Source: Escherichia phage 121Q
Reading direction: 5' to 3' (one strand)
Length of the DNA stretch: 64,000 nucleotides
Sequence record: NC_025447.1
The position numbers and the translations under genes are program-made. This document shows, in pieces, positions 38,805-47,364 of the stretch. The notes under the pieces are model-generated. The model did no database searches and was not told where the DNA came from. It saw nothing but the letters and a program-made list of their open reading frames with translations. The first letter of the stretch is position 1; the number at the start of each line of letters is the position of its first letter.

Positions 38805-38987
38805 ATGAATAAAGAACATAAAGAATTCTATATAAGAAAACTAACATTCGTCCCCGTAAGAATATATAAAGAATGCGACCCAAGATTATACCTATGGCAC
38901 TTCAATGAGTGCATAAAAGATTCTATATACCCTAAGAACTATAAAGAACAATTGTGCTCAGTACTAACACTAGTACTATCATATTAA
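38805..38987 (+). CDS. S-array small protein
   Basis: MNKEHKEFY...LVLSY. Confidence 0.6.
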   Translation: MNKEHKEFYIRKLTFVPVRIYKECDPRLYLWHFNECIKDSIYPKNYKEQLCSVLTLVLSY

Positions 38988-39002
38988 TTAATAGAGAATA
39001 CT

Positions 39003-39194
39003 ATGTATAAAAACTTCTATATAAGTAAACTAAAAGAAAATGAACAAGTATGGATTAGATCTATAATTCCACTGGCATTTAATAGATATGCATTTAACAG
39101 ATGTACCGAGATTGCTATAGACCCTTATAATATTAAAGAGAATGTACAGTATAATCAGTACTACTATATCTTAATGCTTATATATAGGAAGTAA
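39003..39194 (+). CDS. S-array small protein
   Basis: MYKNFY...LMLIYRK; last array member. Confidence 0.6.
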   Translation: MYKNFYISKLKENEQVWIRSIIPLAFNRYAFNRCTEIAIDPYNIKENVQYNQYYYILMLIYRK

Positions 39195-39307
39195 TTAAAC
39201 ACAAGTAGACAGGGGAAGCTCCTAGTGAACAACCTTTATGTACAGGCGAATTGTTAAAATTCAGCCTGGACAAATGCGATCACTAGGATTCTCCCCAGGC
39301 TAAACCC

Positions 39308-39400
39308 CGTAATCATAGGTAGTCATAAGTAATCATATATAAACATTTAAGTAATCATTTATAATCACTGTAGTGATCAGTAGTGATCAGTAGTGAGTAC
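39308..39400. repeat. GTAATCA repeat cluster plus three tandem TAGTGATCAG units
   Basis: GTAATCA-like heptamer about five times in 60 bp, then TAGTGATCAG x3 (GATC-containing); more GTAATCA copies at 39520-39560. Confidence 0.6.
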
Positions 39401-40229
39401 TAGAGTACAGGAATGTTCACGTTTAATCAAGAACGTAGCAGTACTGATATGCCACTAAGTAGGCAGAGGAAGTCTGCCGTACTTTGTAGTTTCCAAGCTC
39501 CTTTTCCATTTTGCAAATTACATCAAATGTAATCAAAAGTAATCACGCAATGATTAGTACTGAATTATTACTTTCACCTTAATTTCAATTACCCCTTTAC
39601 CCTTCGGGGTAAAATTCAATTACCCCTTGAGGCTCCAGCAAAAAGTTGGTTAGTACTCCATCCTAAATCTCGATCCTAAAAATTTTGGAGTACCTATGAA
39701 ATAAAAGTTGGATCTTCGAAAGTTGAAATTTACGTTGGGACATATAGGATTTGTGGGATATAATGAGTTTTGTAGCGATACAGATTATACGATTTCAGTA
39801 CTGAATAATGAAAGAAAGCTATTGACATTATGATTCAGTACTGTATAATGTTCTACATAGAGAGATGAGTTGCTGCGAACAATTCATTTACTCTACCTCC
39901 TGTCGTGAGACAGTACAGAAAAGATAGTTCCTCCTGTGGTGGTACATCTTTTTGAACCTCATATGAAAATCGTAATAACAGTACTGATATTAACAGAATG
40001 GTGTCAGTACTGATTTTAATCTAAAGCATTATGCCACCAGCTTGTGCTGGTGGATTCCCTCTAACAGTATTCAGTACTACATGATAGTCTTCATCCTCCT
40101 ACAGTAACAGTGAGGGCTATTGTGGCAGTACTGAATACTCCCTTTCAAAAGATAGATCTATGGTATAGTACTGACGGATTTTGGGCGTAGTAACCCTAGG
40201 TTGAATTTAGACGTAGAGATGTCTAGACC

Positions 40230-40362
40230 TCCAGATGGCTGGAAGTAAAGATGGCTATCCCTCTAGGCGGCTGGATGGCTAGATTTCTAGATGGCTGTAC
40301 TGCTAGACGTTTGGACGGCTAAACGGCTAGATGGTTACACGTCTGGATGTATAGACGGCTAA
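40230..40362. repeat. iteron-like array of about 9 short direct repeats (CTAGATGGCT / GGACGGCT units)
   Basis: (A/G)GA(T/C)GGCT recurs about 9 times in 130 bp, immediately followed by an AT-rich tract (40363-40392). Confidence 0.6.
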
Positions 40363-40545
40363 ATCAAAATTTTTATTTTATTTTTTCCAATAGTTCCCCT
40401 ACCGCGTGGGGATGGTTTCCCCGCAGTATCTGGAGTTAGATTTTTCTGAATCTGGAATCATTATCCCCGTTTTCGCCTGGTATGTCAACCGTCTGGATGA
40501 ATAATTTTAAAAAATAATCTAGTACTGAATTTTGGGCGTAACTAT

Positions 40546-40558
40546 GCACCCGGTGGGC
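40546..40558 (-). repeat. dispersed CTAGCCCACNGGGTGC element copy (reverse orientation)
   Basis: GCACCCGGTGGGC followed by TAG. Confidence 0.5.
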
Positions 40559-41076
40559 TAGAGTCTTTCTCGACTTGATAAAAATATTATAGCAGTACTG
40601 AATTATAAAAGCAATAGCCTGGATGTAAAAAGTTTTAATTAATTTGCTTGTCATCCTGGGGCGTACTATGGTACTATGATTCAGTACTGAGAAAGTGCTA
40701 TGACCTGCTAAGGTGCGGGAGTGTATCCTTTTTAAATTTACTGAATTTTGGGCGTAATTCCGCACCCCCTGGGGTATCCGCTTTCTCGCGTCTATGTAGT
40801 AATTATACGCTTTTTTAGTACTGAGTCAATAGCTAAAAACAAAATAATTGAAAATAATTTAACGCGTTTAAACGGCCCGTAAAGCCCTGGTTAGCTGGTG
40901 GCGGTGCAAATGTATAGCTTAGGTGTATTAATGCGTTAGAATGCGATTGAGGACGTTTTACGGGGTATAGTACTGATTCAGTACTGAATAGTAGTACTGA
41001 AAGATTGTTCTCCCTGGATTGTTCCAGTACTCCTATATAGAAAGAAAACTATTTTAAAAGTATTTGTAGAAAGTAC

Positions 41077-41104
41077 TTGCAAAGTATTGGGAAAGGTGTA
41101 GAAT
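41077..41104 (+). promoter_or_regulatory. sigma70-like early promoter TTGCAA-N16-TAGAAT plus stem-loop
   Basis: AAGTACTTGCAAA -35 block, TAGAAT -10, GTTTTACATC, then ACGGGGGAAACGCTCCCGT hairpin. Confidence 0.55.
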
Positions 41105-41160
41105 GTTTTACATCGAGACGGGGGAAACGCTCCCGTTGCACTTTAAAAGAGATTAAAACG

Positions 41161-41523
41161 ATGGCGACTCAAATCAATACTATCATGCTTAACCTGGTTT
41201 CTTTCCGTGAAGAGATGAAAGATCTTCCCGCTGAGACTGTACGGATTCACATTGCAGCTTATCGGGAATTGATTGCAATGCTGCCGCTTAAGCGTGAACA
41301 GTATGCCGCTACTGCTATGCTCGATGCAATGATCCATAAGATGATCCAGACTGATTTAACGATGGCTTATCAGTACATGGGCGAAATGTTTGCAGTGTAT
41401 AGCAAGCCAGTACCAGGAATGGAAAGTACAGAAGTATTGCACGGCTTAAACTTAAAACAAGATGCATGGGATAATATGCCTCGTTTCCTGGTATGGGCTG
41501 ACAGTGGCAAGATTTACGAATAA
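41161..41523 (+). CDS. hypothetical protein
   Basis: start MATQINTIM after promoter/stem-loop (track ORF starts 41077 inside the promoter). Confidence 0.55.
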   Translation: MATQINTIMLNLVSFREEMKDLPAETVRIHIAAYRELIAMLPLKREQYAATAMLDAMIHKMIQTDLTMAYQYMGEMFAVYSKPVPGMESTEVLHGLNLKQDAWDNMPRFLVWADSGKIYE

Positions 41524-41537
41524 GTTTAATAAAGTAC

Positions 41538-41565
41538 TTGCAAACTAAGTTTAAAAGCGTATAAT
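41538..41565 (+). promoter_or_regulatory. sigma70-like early promoter TTGCAA-N16-TATAAT plus stem-loop
   Basis: TTGCAA 41538, TATAAT 41560, GGGGAATAGTTCCCC hairpin, SD AAGAGGA. Confidence 0.6.
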
Positions 41566-41617
41566 GTTTTATATCAGGTGGGGAATAGTTCCCCACTATA
41601 ATAAAGAGGATTTAAAA

Positions 41618-41857
41618 ATGGCTAAATCAAAAATGTTCTTAGGACACAAAAACAAAACTCATTGGAATGTTTCCTTATGGATTAATAATGACGAATCATT
41701 ATACCGGTTGGCCCAGGACTTTATTGCCGCTAACACTAATCGTAATGATGCGGCCCGTCATATGATGCTATTTTTAGAACAGACTGGACAAGATAAAACT
41801 CCAGACGGCTTTAAGTATAGCACTACTGCGATCCGTGCGGCGATGGTTGGAATGTAA
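41618..41857 (+). CDS. hypothetical protein
   Basis: ATG 41618 after SD AGAGGA. Confidence 0.6.
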   Translation: MAKSKMFLGHKNKTHWNVSLWINNDESLYRLAQDFIAANTNRNDAARHMMLFLEQTGQDKTPDGFKYSTTAIRAAMVGM

Positions 41858-41940
41858 GAGAATAGATTAAAAGTACTATTGCACGGTGATAGTACTTTAT
41901 AATAAAGTTCTTTTTGTACAACAACGATAGGGGTAACAGC

Positions 41941-42207
41941 ATGACTATTACATATTTTGCAACGCGTGAACTTGCTCGGATTGCCGCACGCCAGGACGGG
42001 GCGACGTTTAAAGATATGGGCGTACAATCTGAACGTGGTAAACGTTGGGCCGTAGTAAAGCAAAGTACAGCCCGATCAATTCAGTACTGGCGAGCGGCTT
42101 TAAAGCGTCCTGATAGTGTATCGCGTCGCGTGGTAGAAATAAAGCACGACCGCAAGGGCAATCGCGTTACCGTGTACCGTACTAAAAAGATTGCAGTACT
42201 TGAATAA
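41941..42207 (+). CDS. hypothetical protein, paralog of 53998 gene
   Basis: FATRELARIAARQDGATFKDMG..RWAV and HDRKGNRVTVY blocks shared with 53998-54393 protein. Confidence 0.6.
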   Translation: MTITYFATRELARIAARQDGATFKDMGVQSERGKRWAVVKQSTARSIQYWRAALKRPDSVSRRVVEIKHDRKGNRVTVYRTKKIAVLE

Positions 42208-42214
42208 AAAGTAC

Positions 42215-42242
42215 TTGCAAACTATGTTTAATGGCGTATAAT
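42215..42242 (+). promoter_or_regulatory. sigma70-like early promoter TTGCAA-N16-TATAAT plus stem-loop
   Basis: TTGCAA 42215, TATAAT 42237, GCGGGAACACTTCCCGC hairpin, SD GGAG. Confidence 0.6.
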
Positions 42243-42294
42243 GTTTTACATCGAGAGCGGGAACACTTCCCGCCTATAACCTGGAGTAATAAAA

Positions 42295-42525
42295 ATGACT
42301 AATATGTATATGACTGAAGTTAAAACCGTAAAAGATACTACCACGAATAAAACTACTTACTTACAGCGGATCTGCGGTGTATGGCAACGTATCAGCAAAT
42401 CAAAGTACTTTAAATTAACATCATATGCCAATCGTTCGGATTCATTCAGTACTGAAATAAAAGGTAATAAAGTACACCAATACGGCACTTATTATTATTA
42501 TAGCCTGGACGCGATTGCAGTATAA
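42295..42525 (+). CDS. hypothetical protein
   Basis: 76-aa ORF after promoter/stem-loop/SD. Confidence 0.55.
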   Translation: MTNMYMTEVKTVKDTTTNKTTYLQRICGVWQRISKSKYFKLTSYANRSDSFSTEIKGNKVHQYGTYYYYSLDAIAV

Positions 42526-42608
42526 GTAGTTTACAAATCTTTACAATTGCCAGTATTGACTTATTTTGTCAGTACTGGCATAATGTATCTATTGAAACGA
42601 ACAATTTG

Positions 42609-42621
42609 GCCCACGGGGTGC
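42609..42621 (+). repeat. dispersed CTAGCCCACNGGGTGC element copy
   Basis: GCCCACGGGGTGC followed by GGGAGTGTATCTAT. Confidence 0.5.
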
Positions 42622-42666
42622 GGGAGTGTATCTATAGAAAAAGTAGTTTATTACAGTTACAATTGT

Positions 42667-42678
42667 GCACCCGGTGGG
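42667..42678 (-). repeat. dispersed element copy (reverse orientation)
   Basis: GCACCCGGTGGGTTAG; paired with the 42609 copy as an inverted repeat. Confidence 0.5.
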
Positions 42679-42775
42679 TTAGCTGTTGTCATGGGGTATA
42701 TTATGCCAGTACTTGATAATGCTGTCAATACTTTTTTTTTACTATTCAGTACTGAAAACTATTTTTAAAAAGTAC

Positions 42776-42803
42776 TTGCAAACTATGTTTAAAGGCGTAT
42801 AAT
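42776..42803 (+). promoter_or_regulatory. sigma70-like promoter TTGCAA-N16-TATAAT driving a non-coding element
   Basis: TTGCAA 42776, TATAAT 42798; no ORF before the next promoter. Confidence 0.5.
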
Positions 42804-42809
42804 GTTTTA

Positions 42810-42890
42810 CATCAGGACGGGGAATGAAATAAGTAACTCCCTGTTAAGTAGTCCAGGAGTAAGACATACGAAAACCTCCCCTGATAAAAT
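42810..42890 (+). ncRNA. candidate small RNA or leader element (copy 1)
   Basis: about 80 nt behind a promoter, GGACGGGGA...TCCCCTG closing stem, no ATG-initiated ORF; near-identical copy at 52784-52858. Confidence 0.3.
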
Positions 42891-42893
42891 AGT

Positions 42894-42921
42894 TTGACAA
42901 AGATTTATAAAAGCGTATAAT
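42894..42921 (+). promoter_or_regulatory. sigma70-like promoter TTGACA-N16-TATAAT
   Basis: TTGACA 42894, TATAAT 42916, SD GAGGG before ATG 42954. Confidence 0.6.
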
Positions 42922-42953
42922 ACTTACATCAACTACTGAATGAGGGTTACAAA

Positions 42954-43565
42954 ATGAAAACTATCACTACTACTACTTTCGTTATGGCTTTTTCTGAACT
43001 GAACGCAGAACAACAAACGGCGGCTATCGAACTGGTTCGGGATCGGGAACGTGCAAGTGAGGATAATTTCTTTGCTGAGTCAGTACTGGAATACTATAAA
43101 GAAACAGTACTACCAGAATACGGCATAGATGAAGCTGAATTGCAATACAGTGGTTTTTGGTCGCAAGGTGACGGTGCATCAATCAGTACTGACCACGTTG
43201 ACGCTGAGAAGTTTTTACGCAAGGTTAAGGCGTTAACGAAATATCGTTCCATCCGTCACCTGTTGAACGAAGATGATTTGGAAATGAGTGTAGAACGTTC
43301 CCAATCGCGTTATGCACACGAAAACACGGTAGGCGGTTGCGTTGATACTCGCTACACTGATTTAACTGTAAAACAGGCGGCGTTAGCTGAGGAACTGGAA
43401 AATTTACTGACTGACACGATCCGAGAATTATCTTGTAAGCTGTACCGTGATTTAGAAAATGCTTATGAAGACCAGTTTACTACTGAAAACATTGTAGGAC
43501 TGATTGAGGGTAACGAATATCAATTTAATGTTATCGATGGTGTAGTAGAATCTATCGCATATTAA
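42954..43565 (+). CDS. hypothetical acidic protein (203 aa)
   Basis: long ORF behind consensus promoter. Confidence 0.65.
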   Translation: MKTITTTTFVMAFSELNAEQQTAAIELVRDRERASEDNFFAESVLEYYKETVLPEYGIDEAELQYSGFWSQGDGASISTDHVDAEKFLRKVKALTKYRSIRHLLNEDDLEMSVERSQSRYAHENTVGGCVDTRYTDLTVKQAALAEELENLLTDTIRELSCKLYRDLENAYEDQFTTENIVGLIEGNEYQFNVIDGVVESIAY

Positions 43566-43623
43566 TTCAGTACTGAATCACTGGCGGGGAATGGTTCCCG
43601 CCTATATCCCAGGAGTAAGAGAA

Positions 43624-43860
43624 ATGATCGAACAAATCAAAACTACAACGCCAAACGTAACGGGTACAGTATCACACTTCATTGGTGACGATTCGCGGGG
43701 CGTTCCTTATTGTGCAGTACATGTAAACAAAAATGGCGACTACTGGCTAACGGTTTACGGTTCTTATTCTTTCGGGCGTAGTGCACACCAAAAGATCCTG
43801 GATAAAGTACAACCAACGGGTAAAAATATCACCGCTGAGATGTTTTATAAAAAGCACTAA
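43624..43860 (+). CDS. hypothetical protein
   Basis: ATG 43624 after GGCGGGGAATGGTTCCCGCC stem-loop and SD AGGAG. Confidence 0.6.
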   Translation: MIEQIKTTTPNVTGTVSHFIGDDSRGVPYCAVHVNKNGDYWLTVYGSYSFGRSAHQKILDKVQPTGKNITAEMFYKKH

Positions 43861-43867
43861 AAAGTAC

Positions 43868-43895
43868 TTGCAAAGTAATTAGATTAACGTATAAT
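43868..43895 (+). promoter_or_regulatory. sigma70-like early promoter TTGCAA-N16-TATAAT plus stem-loop
   Basis: TTGCAA 43868, TATAAT 43890, GCGGGAATAGTTCCCGC hairpin. Confidence 0.6.
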
Positions 43896-43945
43896 ACTTT
43901 ATATCGAGAGCGGGAATAGTTCCCGCCTTTACTGAGGATTATCTA

Positions 43946-44230
43946 ATGGGTAAAGTAATTAACTATACAGTACTAAGCAAGTCATTATCTATTAGCCAGT
44001 GCACCGATGGTTTTTGGCTGTACGATGAAACGCGTGGCATGAATTTAGCTATGCAGGAGAAAACTACTGATGCGGCATATCTTAAAGCACTGGAATACTA
44101 CCAGAAGCGTTTAAAGGAAGTAGAAAACGATTATAATAACCTGAAAGCGAAAGTAGATCATTTCGTCGGTCAATTCATTGACGATGACGAGGACGGGCAC
44201 TACTGCGACCGTTGCGGATCTTACAATTGA
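43946..44230 (+). CDS. hypothetical protein with C-terminal CxxC
   Basis: SD TGAGGA; ends HYCDRCGSYN. Confidence 0.6.
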   Translation: MGKVINYTVLSKSLSISQCTDGFWLYDETRGMNLAMQEKTTDAAYLKALEYYQKRLKEVENDYNNLKAKVDHFVGQFIDDDEDGHYCDRCGSYN

Positions 44231-44247
44231 GTACTGAGGATTATCTA

Positions 44248-44451
44248 ATGAGTGATTTAATTAAACGTATCAAAGAGCTTGAAGAAAAAGAATTGCAGTT
44301 GATCGGGTTACGGAATAAAGTATTCCATGATTTAGGTGGCTTCATTAATGCCTGGGATAGTGGCGATCCTGATGCGTTACCTGCTAACCGCCAGGCGATG
44401 ATCAATGATGTGCGTGGTGTCTTTGATTATGTTTTAAAGCAATTAAATTAA
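44248..44451 (+). CDS. hypothetical protein
   Basis: ATG 44248 with the same CTGAGGATTATCTAATG initiation region as the 43946 gene. Confidence 0.6.
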   Translation: MSDLIKRIKELEEKELQLIGLRNKVFHDLGGFINAWDSGDPDALPANRQAMINDVRGVFDYVLKQLN

Positions 44452-44459
44452 AAAAGTAC

Positions 44460-44487
44460 TTGCAATTAGTTTTCAGTACTGTATAAT
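44460..44487 (+). promoter_or_regulatory. sigma70-like early promoter TTGCAA-N16-TATAAT plus stem-loop
   Basis: TTGCAA 44460, TATAAT 44482, GGGGGAAATGGTTCTCCCC hairpin, SD AAGGAG. Confidence 0.6.
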
Positions 44488-44537
44488 AGTTTACATCAAG
44501 GGGGAAATGGTTCTCCCCACTAATAAGGAGTTTTACA

Positions 44538-44759
44538 ATGGCTAATATCACTACTCTTTCCCAGCTTGAAGCACTGGTTAAATCTATGCGGGAACATGCC
44601 GACAATATCGGCGTAGAAGATCCGGCTGTATGTTTTTGCGACGAAATAAATGATGATACGCTCGTCATTGCAGAAGTACAAGACGTTTCTAACTATTCAT
44701 CGCGTTACACTGGCGGCGTAGCAAAGAAAGGTGATTTTTGTTTATATCTTACTAAGTAA
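44538..44759 (+). CDS. hypothetical protein
   Basis: 73-aa ORF after promoter/stem-loop/SD. Confidence 0.6.
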   Translation: MANITTLSQLEALVKSMREHADNIGVEDPAVCFCDEINDDTLVIAEVQDVSNYSSRYTGGVAKKGDFCLYLTK

Positions 44760-44765
44760 TAACCA

Positions 44766-44792
44766 GGGGGATCAAACGATCCCCTTTATTTT
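44766..44792 (+). terminator. intrinsic terminator
   Basis: GGGGGATC-AAAC-GATCCCC hairpin then TTTATTTT. Confidence 0.7.
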
Positions 44793-44824
44793 GCAGTACT
44801 GAATCATTTAATAGACGGATCTAT

Positions 44825-44836
44825 GCACCCTGTGGG
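44825..44836 (-). repeat. dispersed element copy (reverse orientation)
   Basis: GCACCCTGTGGGTTAG inside an about 80-bp block also seen at 42667-42740. Confidence 0.5.
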
Positions 44837-45005
44837 TTAGTGACTATCTCGTCTTTATGTAGGTATTATGCCAGTACTGGATGCAGTTGTCAAGACTTTT
44901 TTTTCAAATACTTTTATATTAAAGTACTTGATAATAGTTTTTAAACGCGTATAATGTTTTACATCTAATCGGGAATACTCCCTAGTACTAACAAAGGATA
45001 TACAA

Positions 45006-45305
45006 ATGAAAACTGCAATCATCGCCCTGGCTTTATCTGTTTCCTCTTTCGCTGTTAACGCTTCCGTTGATGTACAGAAAGAAAAATTCATTCAGTGCAC
45101 TGTTGCAATGACTAACGAGGAAACGGCTGAGATCGTTACCAAATCCCTGGAACTGGCCCCTGCAATGTTTGCTAATGGCCCGTACCATGAAGAAGATGAT
45201 CAGGGTAGCACGACCATCTATTACGATGCAAAAAGTAAACGCGGTTCTGTCACTGTAATGGATACAGAGAAAGTTACATTCACTGGCGTAATTAATTGTT
45301 TATAA
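45006..45305 (+). CDS. secreted small protein, Cys-pair family
   Basis: signal peptide MKTAIIALALSVSSFAVNA; Cys in mature N-terminal region and Cys 2 aa from end. Confidence 0.65.
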   Translation: MKTAIIALALSVSSFAVNASVDVQKEKFIQCTVAMTNEETAEIVTKSLELAPAMFANGPYHEEDDQGSTTIYYDAKSKRGSVTVMDTEKVTFTGVINCL

Positions 45306-45322
45306 TATAGTACTGAATCACT

Positions 45323-45352
45323 AGCCCACTATAAGGAGTGGGCTTTTTTTAT
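45323..45352 (+). terminator. intrinsic terminator
   Basis: AGCCCACT-n6-AGTGGGCT hairpin then TTTTTTT. Confidence 0.75.
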
Positions 45353-45543
45353 TGTAGGATTGTAGTACTGGTATACTTTGAAAATAGTTTTAAAAAAGTA
45401 GTTGACATTACCAGGGAAAAGCGTAGAATGTATTACATCAAGACGGGGAACATTAAGTAGACCGCCAGTAAGTCGAATGAAAAACTGGACACGTCAAACA
45501 AACTTTGATAAACTAACTTAAACTTTAATTGAGGATTTATAAA

Positions 45544-46026
45544 ATGGCTAATGTAAAATCATTTCTGAAAGCACTGATTTCTAACGATACTGTCATTGCT
45601 GCTGAATTGCTGGCTGACCTGGATAATGATACCATGAAAGCAGTACGCAACAATTTTAACATTGCTTACAGTGAAGCGAAAGAACTACAAGCCAAAAAGG
45701 TAGCAGAACTGGAAGAACAGAAAAAAGCCCGTGAAGCAGAACTGCAAGCAACAATAGAAAGTATTCAGGCGGCGGTGTCTGGTTTAGATCTGGAAGTGGT
45801 TATTGAAATGGCACATAAAGCCCTGGCGGTTAAGTACGGTGAAGATAAGCCGGAATCTAAGCCTAAAAAATGGATTCAAGAACGTGTTACGGTTGTCCTT
45901 GATAACGGGGAAGAACATTTGATTCCTGTACGCGGTAACTGCATTGCGGTAGTACTGGATGCTATCAAAGAAAGCGGTATGACTCGCGAGGAATGGATCG
46001 AATCTCACCGCAAAATTGAAGCATAA
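45544..46026 (+). CDS. hypothetical protein, Lys/Glu-rich helical
   Basis: ATG 45544 with SD GAGGA; upstream TTGACA-N17-TAGAAT promoter at about 45407. Confidence 0.6.
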   Translation: MANVKSFLKALISNDTVIAAELLADLDNDTMKAVRNNFNIAYSEAKELQAKKVAELEEQKKAREAELQATIESIQAAVSGLDLEVVIEMAHKALAVKYGEDKPESKPKKWIQERVTVVLDNGEEHLIPVRGNCIAVVLDAIKESGMTREEWIESHRKIEA

Positions 46027-46047
46027 CATTTAAAGTACTGAATCACT

Positions 46048-46074
46048 AGCCCACTTATACAGTGGGCTTTTTTG
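46048..46074 (+). terminator. intrinsic terminator
   Basis: AGCCCACT-n5-AGTGGGCT hairpin then TTTTT; same element as 45323. Confidence 0.75.
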
Positions 46075-46300
46075 TGTCTATAGTATTCCATGCCGTCAGC
46101 ACCTCATAGAATCGATTCTAACGCATTAAACTGATTATCTGATGCATCGCCCTAGCTGGTGGAGTTAAGGCCGTTAGAATGCGATTGAGAGCGTTTAAAG
46201 TATTTTGCAAAAAGTAATAAAAAGTACTTGCACGATTCAGAGATTAGCGTATAATGTTTTACATCAAGGCGAAACACCTTAACTAACTGAGGATATAAAG

Positions 46301-46453
46301 ATGAATACTTATGAACTGGATTGTTTCACGTTACAAGTAATGTCAGTATGCAGCAAGAAAGATTGGTCATCAAAGGAATTTAAAGCAGTTATTGCGTGTG
46401 CAAAACACGGCAAGACTATCAATGAAACGGCATCAATCATTGATAAACTTTAA
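46301..46453 (+). CDS. hypothetical small protein (50 aa)
   Basis: not in ORF track; SD TGAGGA 8 nt before ATG; downstream of TTGCAC...TATAAT promoter. Confidence 0.45.
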   Translation: MNTYELDCFTLQVMSVCSKKDWSSKEFKAVIACAKHGKTINETASIIDKL

Positions 46454-46461
46454 AAAATAGT

Positions 46462-46489
46462 TTGACAATAGTTTTAAGTACTGTATAAT
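46462..46489 (+). promoter_or_regulatory. sigma70-like promoter TTGACA-N16-TATAAT
   Basis: TTGACA 46462, TATAAT 46484. Confidence 0.6.
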
Positions 46490-46522
46490 ATTTTACATCA
46501 ACTACTGAGAAGGATTTAAAAA

Positions 46523-46750
46523 ATGGCTATCATCATCACTTACGTATCTGGCACTACTGGCACTTCTAGCACTGTTGCAGTACTGACCAACAAGAAAGGT
46601 GCGGAACTTCATTCTGCAATGAATACCTGGGCGGTGAATGAGTTCGGTCAGTGGGCTAGTGTAGAATACATTGAAACCTATCAAGTGCCGTCTATTAGCT
46701 TAACTGATTTAGGTGTAGATCGTATCCTTTGCCTGGATGAATTAAACTAA
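46523..46750 (+). CDS. hypothetical protein
   Basis: 75-aa ORF, SD AAGGA. Confidence 0.6.
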   Translation: MAIIITYVSGTTGTSSTVAVLTNKKGAELHSAMNTWAVNEFGQWASVEYIETYQVPSISLTDLGVDRILCLDELN

Positions 46751-46835
46751 AAAGTACTTGCAAAGTAAATCGGATAAAGTATAATACATTACATCAAGGG
46801 GAGAAATGATTCTCCCCACTAAGAGGAAACTAAAA

Positions 46836-46979
46836 ATGAAAACTTGTCAATGTGGTAAAAAATCTATCACTGGTTTGAAACGGGGCGTTGCTCTTTGTCA
46901 GTATCACTATAACGCTCAAGTATGGGGTAAAGAGTGGGCAGACCAGGTGGAAGCTGTAAAGAAAGCAAAAAGTAAGTAA
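46836..46979 (+). CDS. small Cys-containing protein (47 aa), possible zinc ribbon
   Basis: not in ORF track; promoter, GGGGAGAAATGATTCTCCCC stem-loop, SD AGAGGAA; CQCG...LCQYH. Confidence 0.45.
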   Translation: MKTCQCGKKSITGLKRGVALCQYHYNAQVWGKEWADQVEAVKKAKSK

Positions 46980-47060
46980 AATTATTATCACAGTACTATT
47001 GACATAGTTTGATAGTACTGGCATAATAGATTTTATCAAGACAACTAAGAGGAAACAATA

Positions 47061-47273
47061 ATGGCTATCATTACTAAAATCAAAGTTAACAAATCACTGG
47101 TTAAACTTGAACAAGTGAAAGCAGGTTATAAAGTATCGTGGTGCGGTATGTATCGGATGTTCACCGATATAGACAATGCAATCAAGTACTACACTGACAC
47201 CGTTGCCTCATTCGTTCGTTCTGATGTAGTACTGGCAGTACATGCACATAAAGCAGCGAAAGAAAGTAAGTAA
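47061..47273 (+). CDS. hypothetical protein
   Basis: 70-aa ORF behind TATTGACA...GGCATAAT promoter, SD AGAGGAA. Confidence 0.6.
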   Translation: MAIITKIKVNKSLVKLEQVKAGYKVSWCGMYRMFTDIDNAIKYYTDTVASFVRSDVVLAVHAHKAAKESK

Positions 47274-47364
47274 AAATATTATCACAGTACTATTGATATA
47301 GTTTGATAGTACTGGCATAATAGATTTTATCAAGACAACACATATTAATTTAAGGAATACTAAA

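Noticed and set aside
35358-39194. CRISPR array as an explanation for the regular 180-200-bp periodicity
   Set aside because: The periodicity comes from tandem paralogous ORFs with conserved start and stop regions, not from short identical direct repeats separated by unique spacers
40436-40765. 109-aa minus-strand ORF in the non-coding repeat region
   Set aside because: Covers repeated promoter-like copies and AT-rich sequence; no SD; the only ORF in a 1.9-kb repeat-rich stretch
39200-41070. tRNA gene cluster (expected near denV by analogy with T4)
   Set aside because: No GTTCGAATC or GTTCAAATC T-arm motifs and no cloverleaf-compatible segments found by eye; tRNAscan should confirm
42547-42768. 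73-aa ORF 42547-42768
   Set aside because: Spans an inverted pair of the dispersed CTAGCCCAC...GGGTGC element and a T-run; no SD; more likely a non-coding repeat cassette
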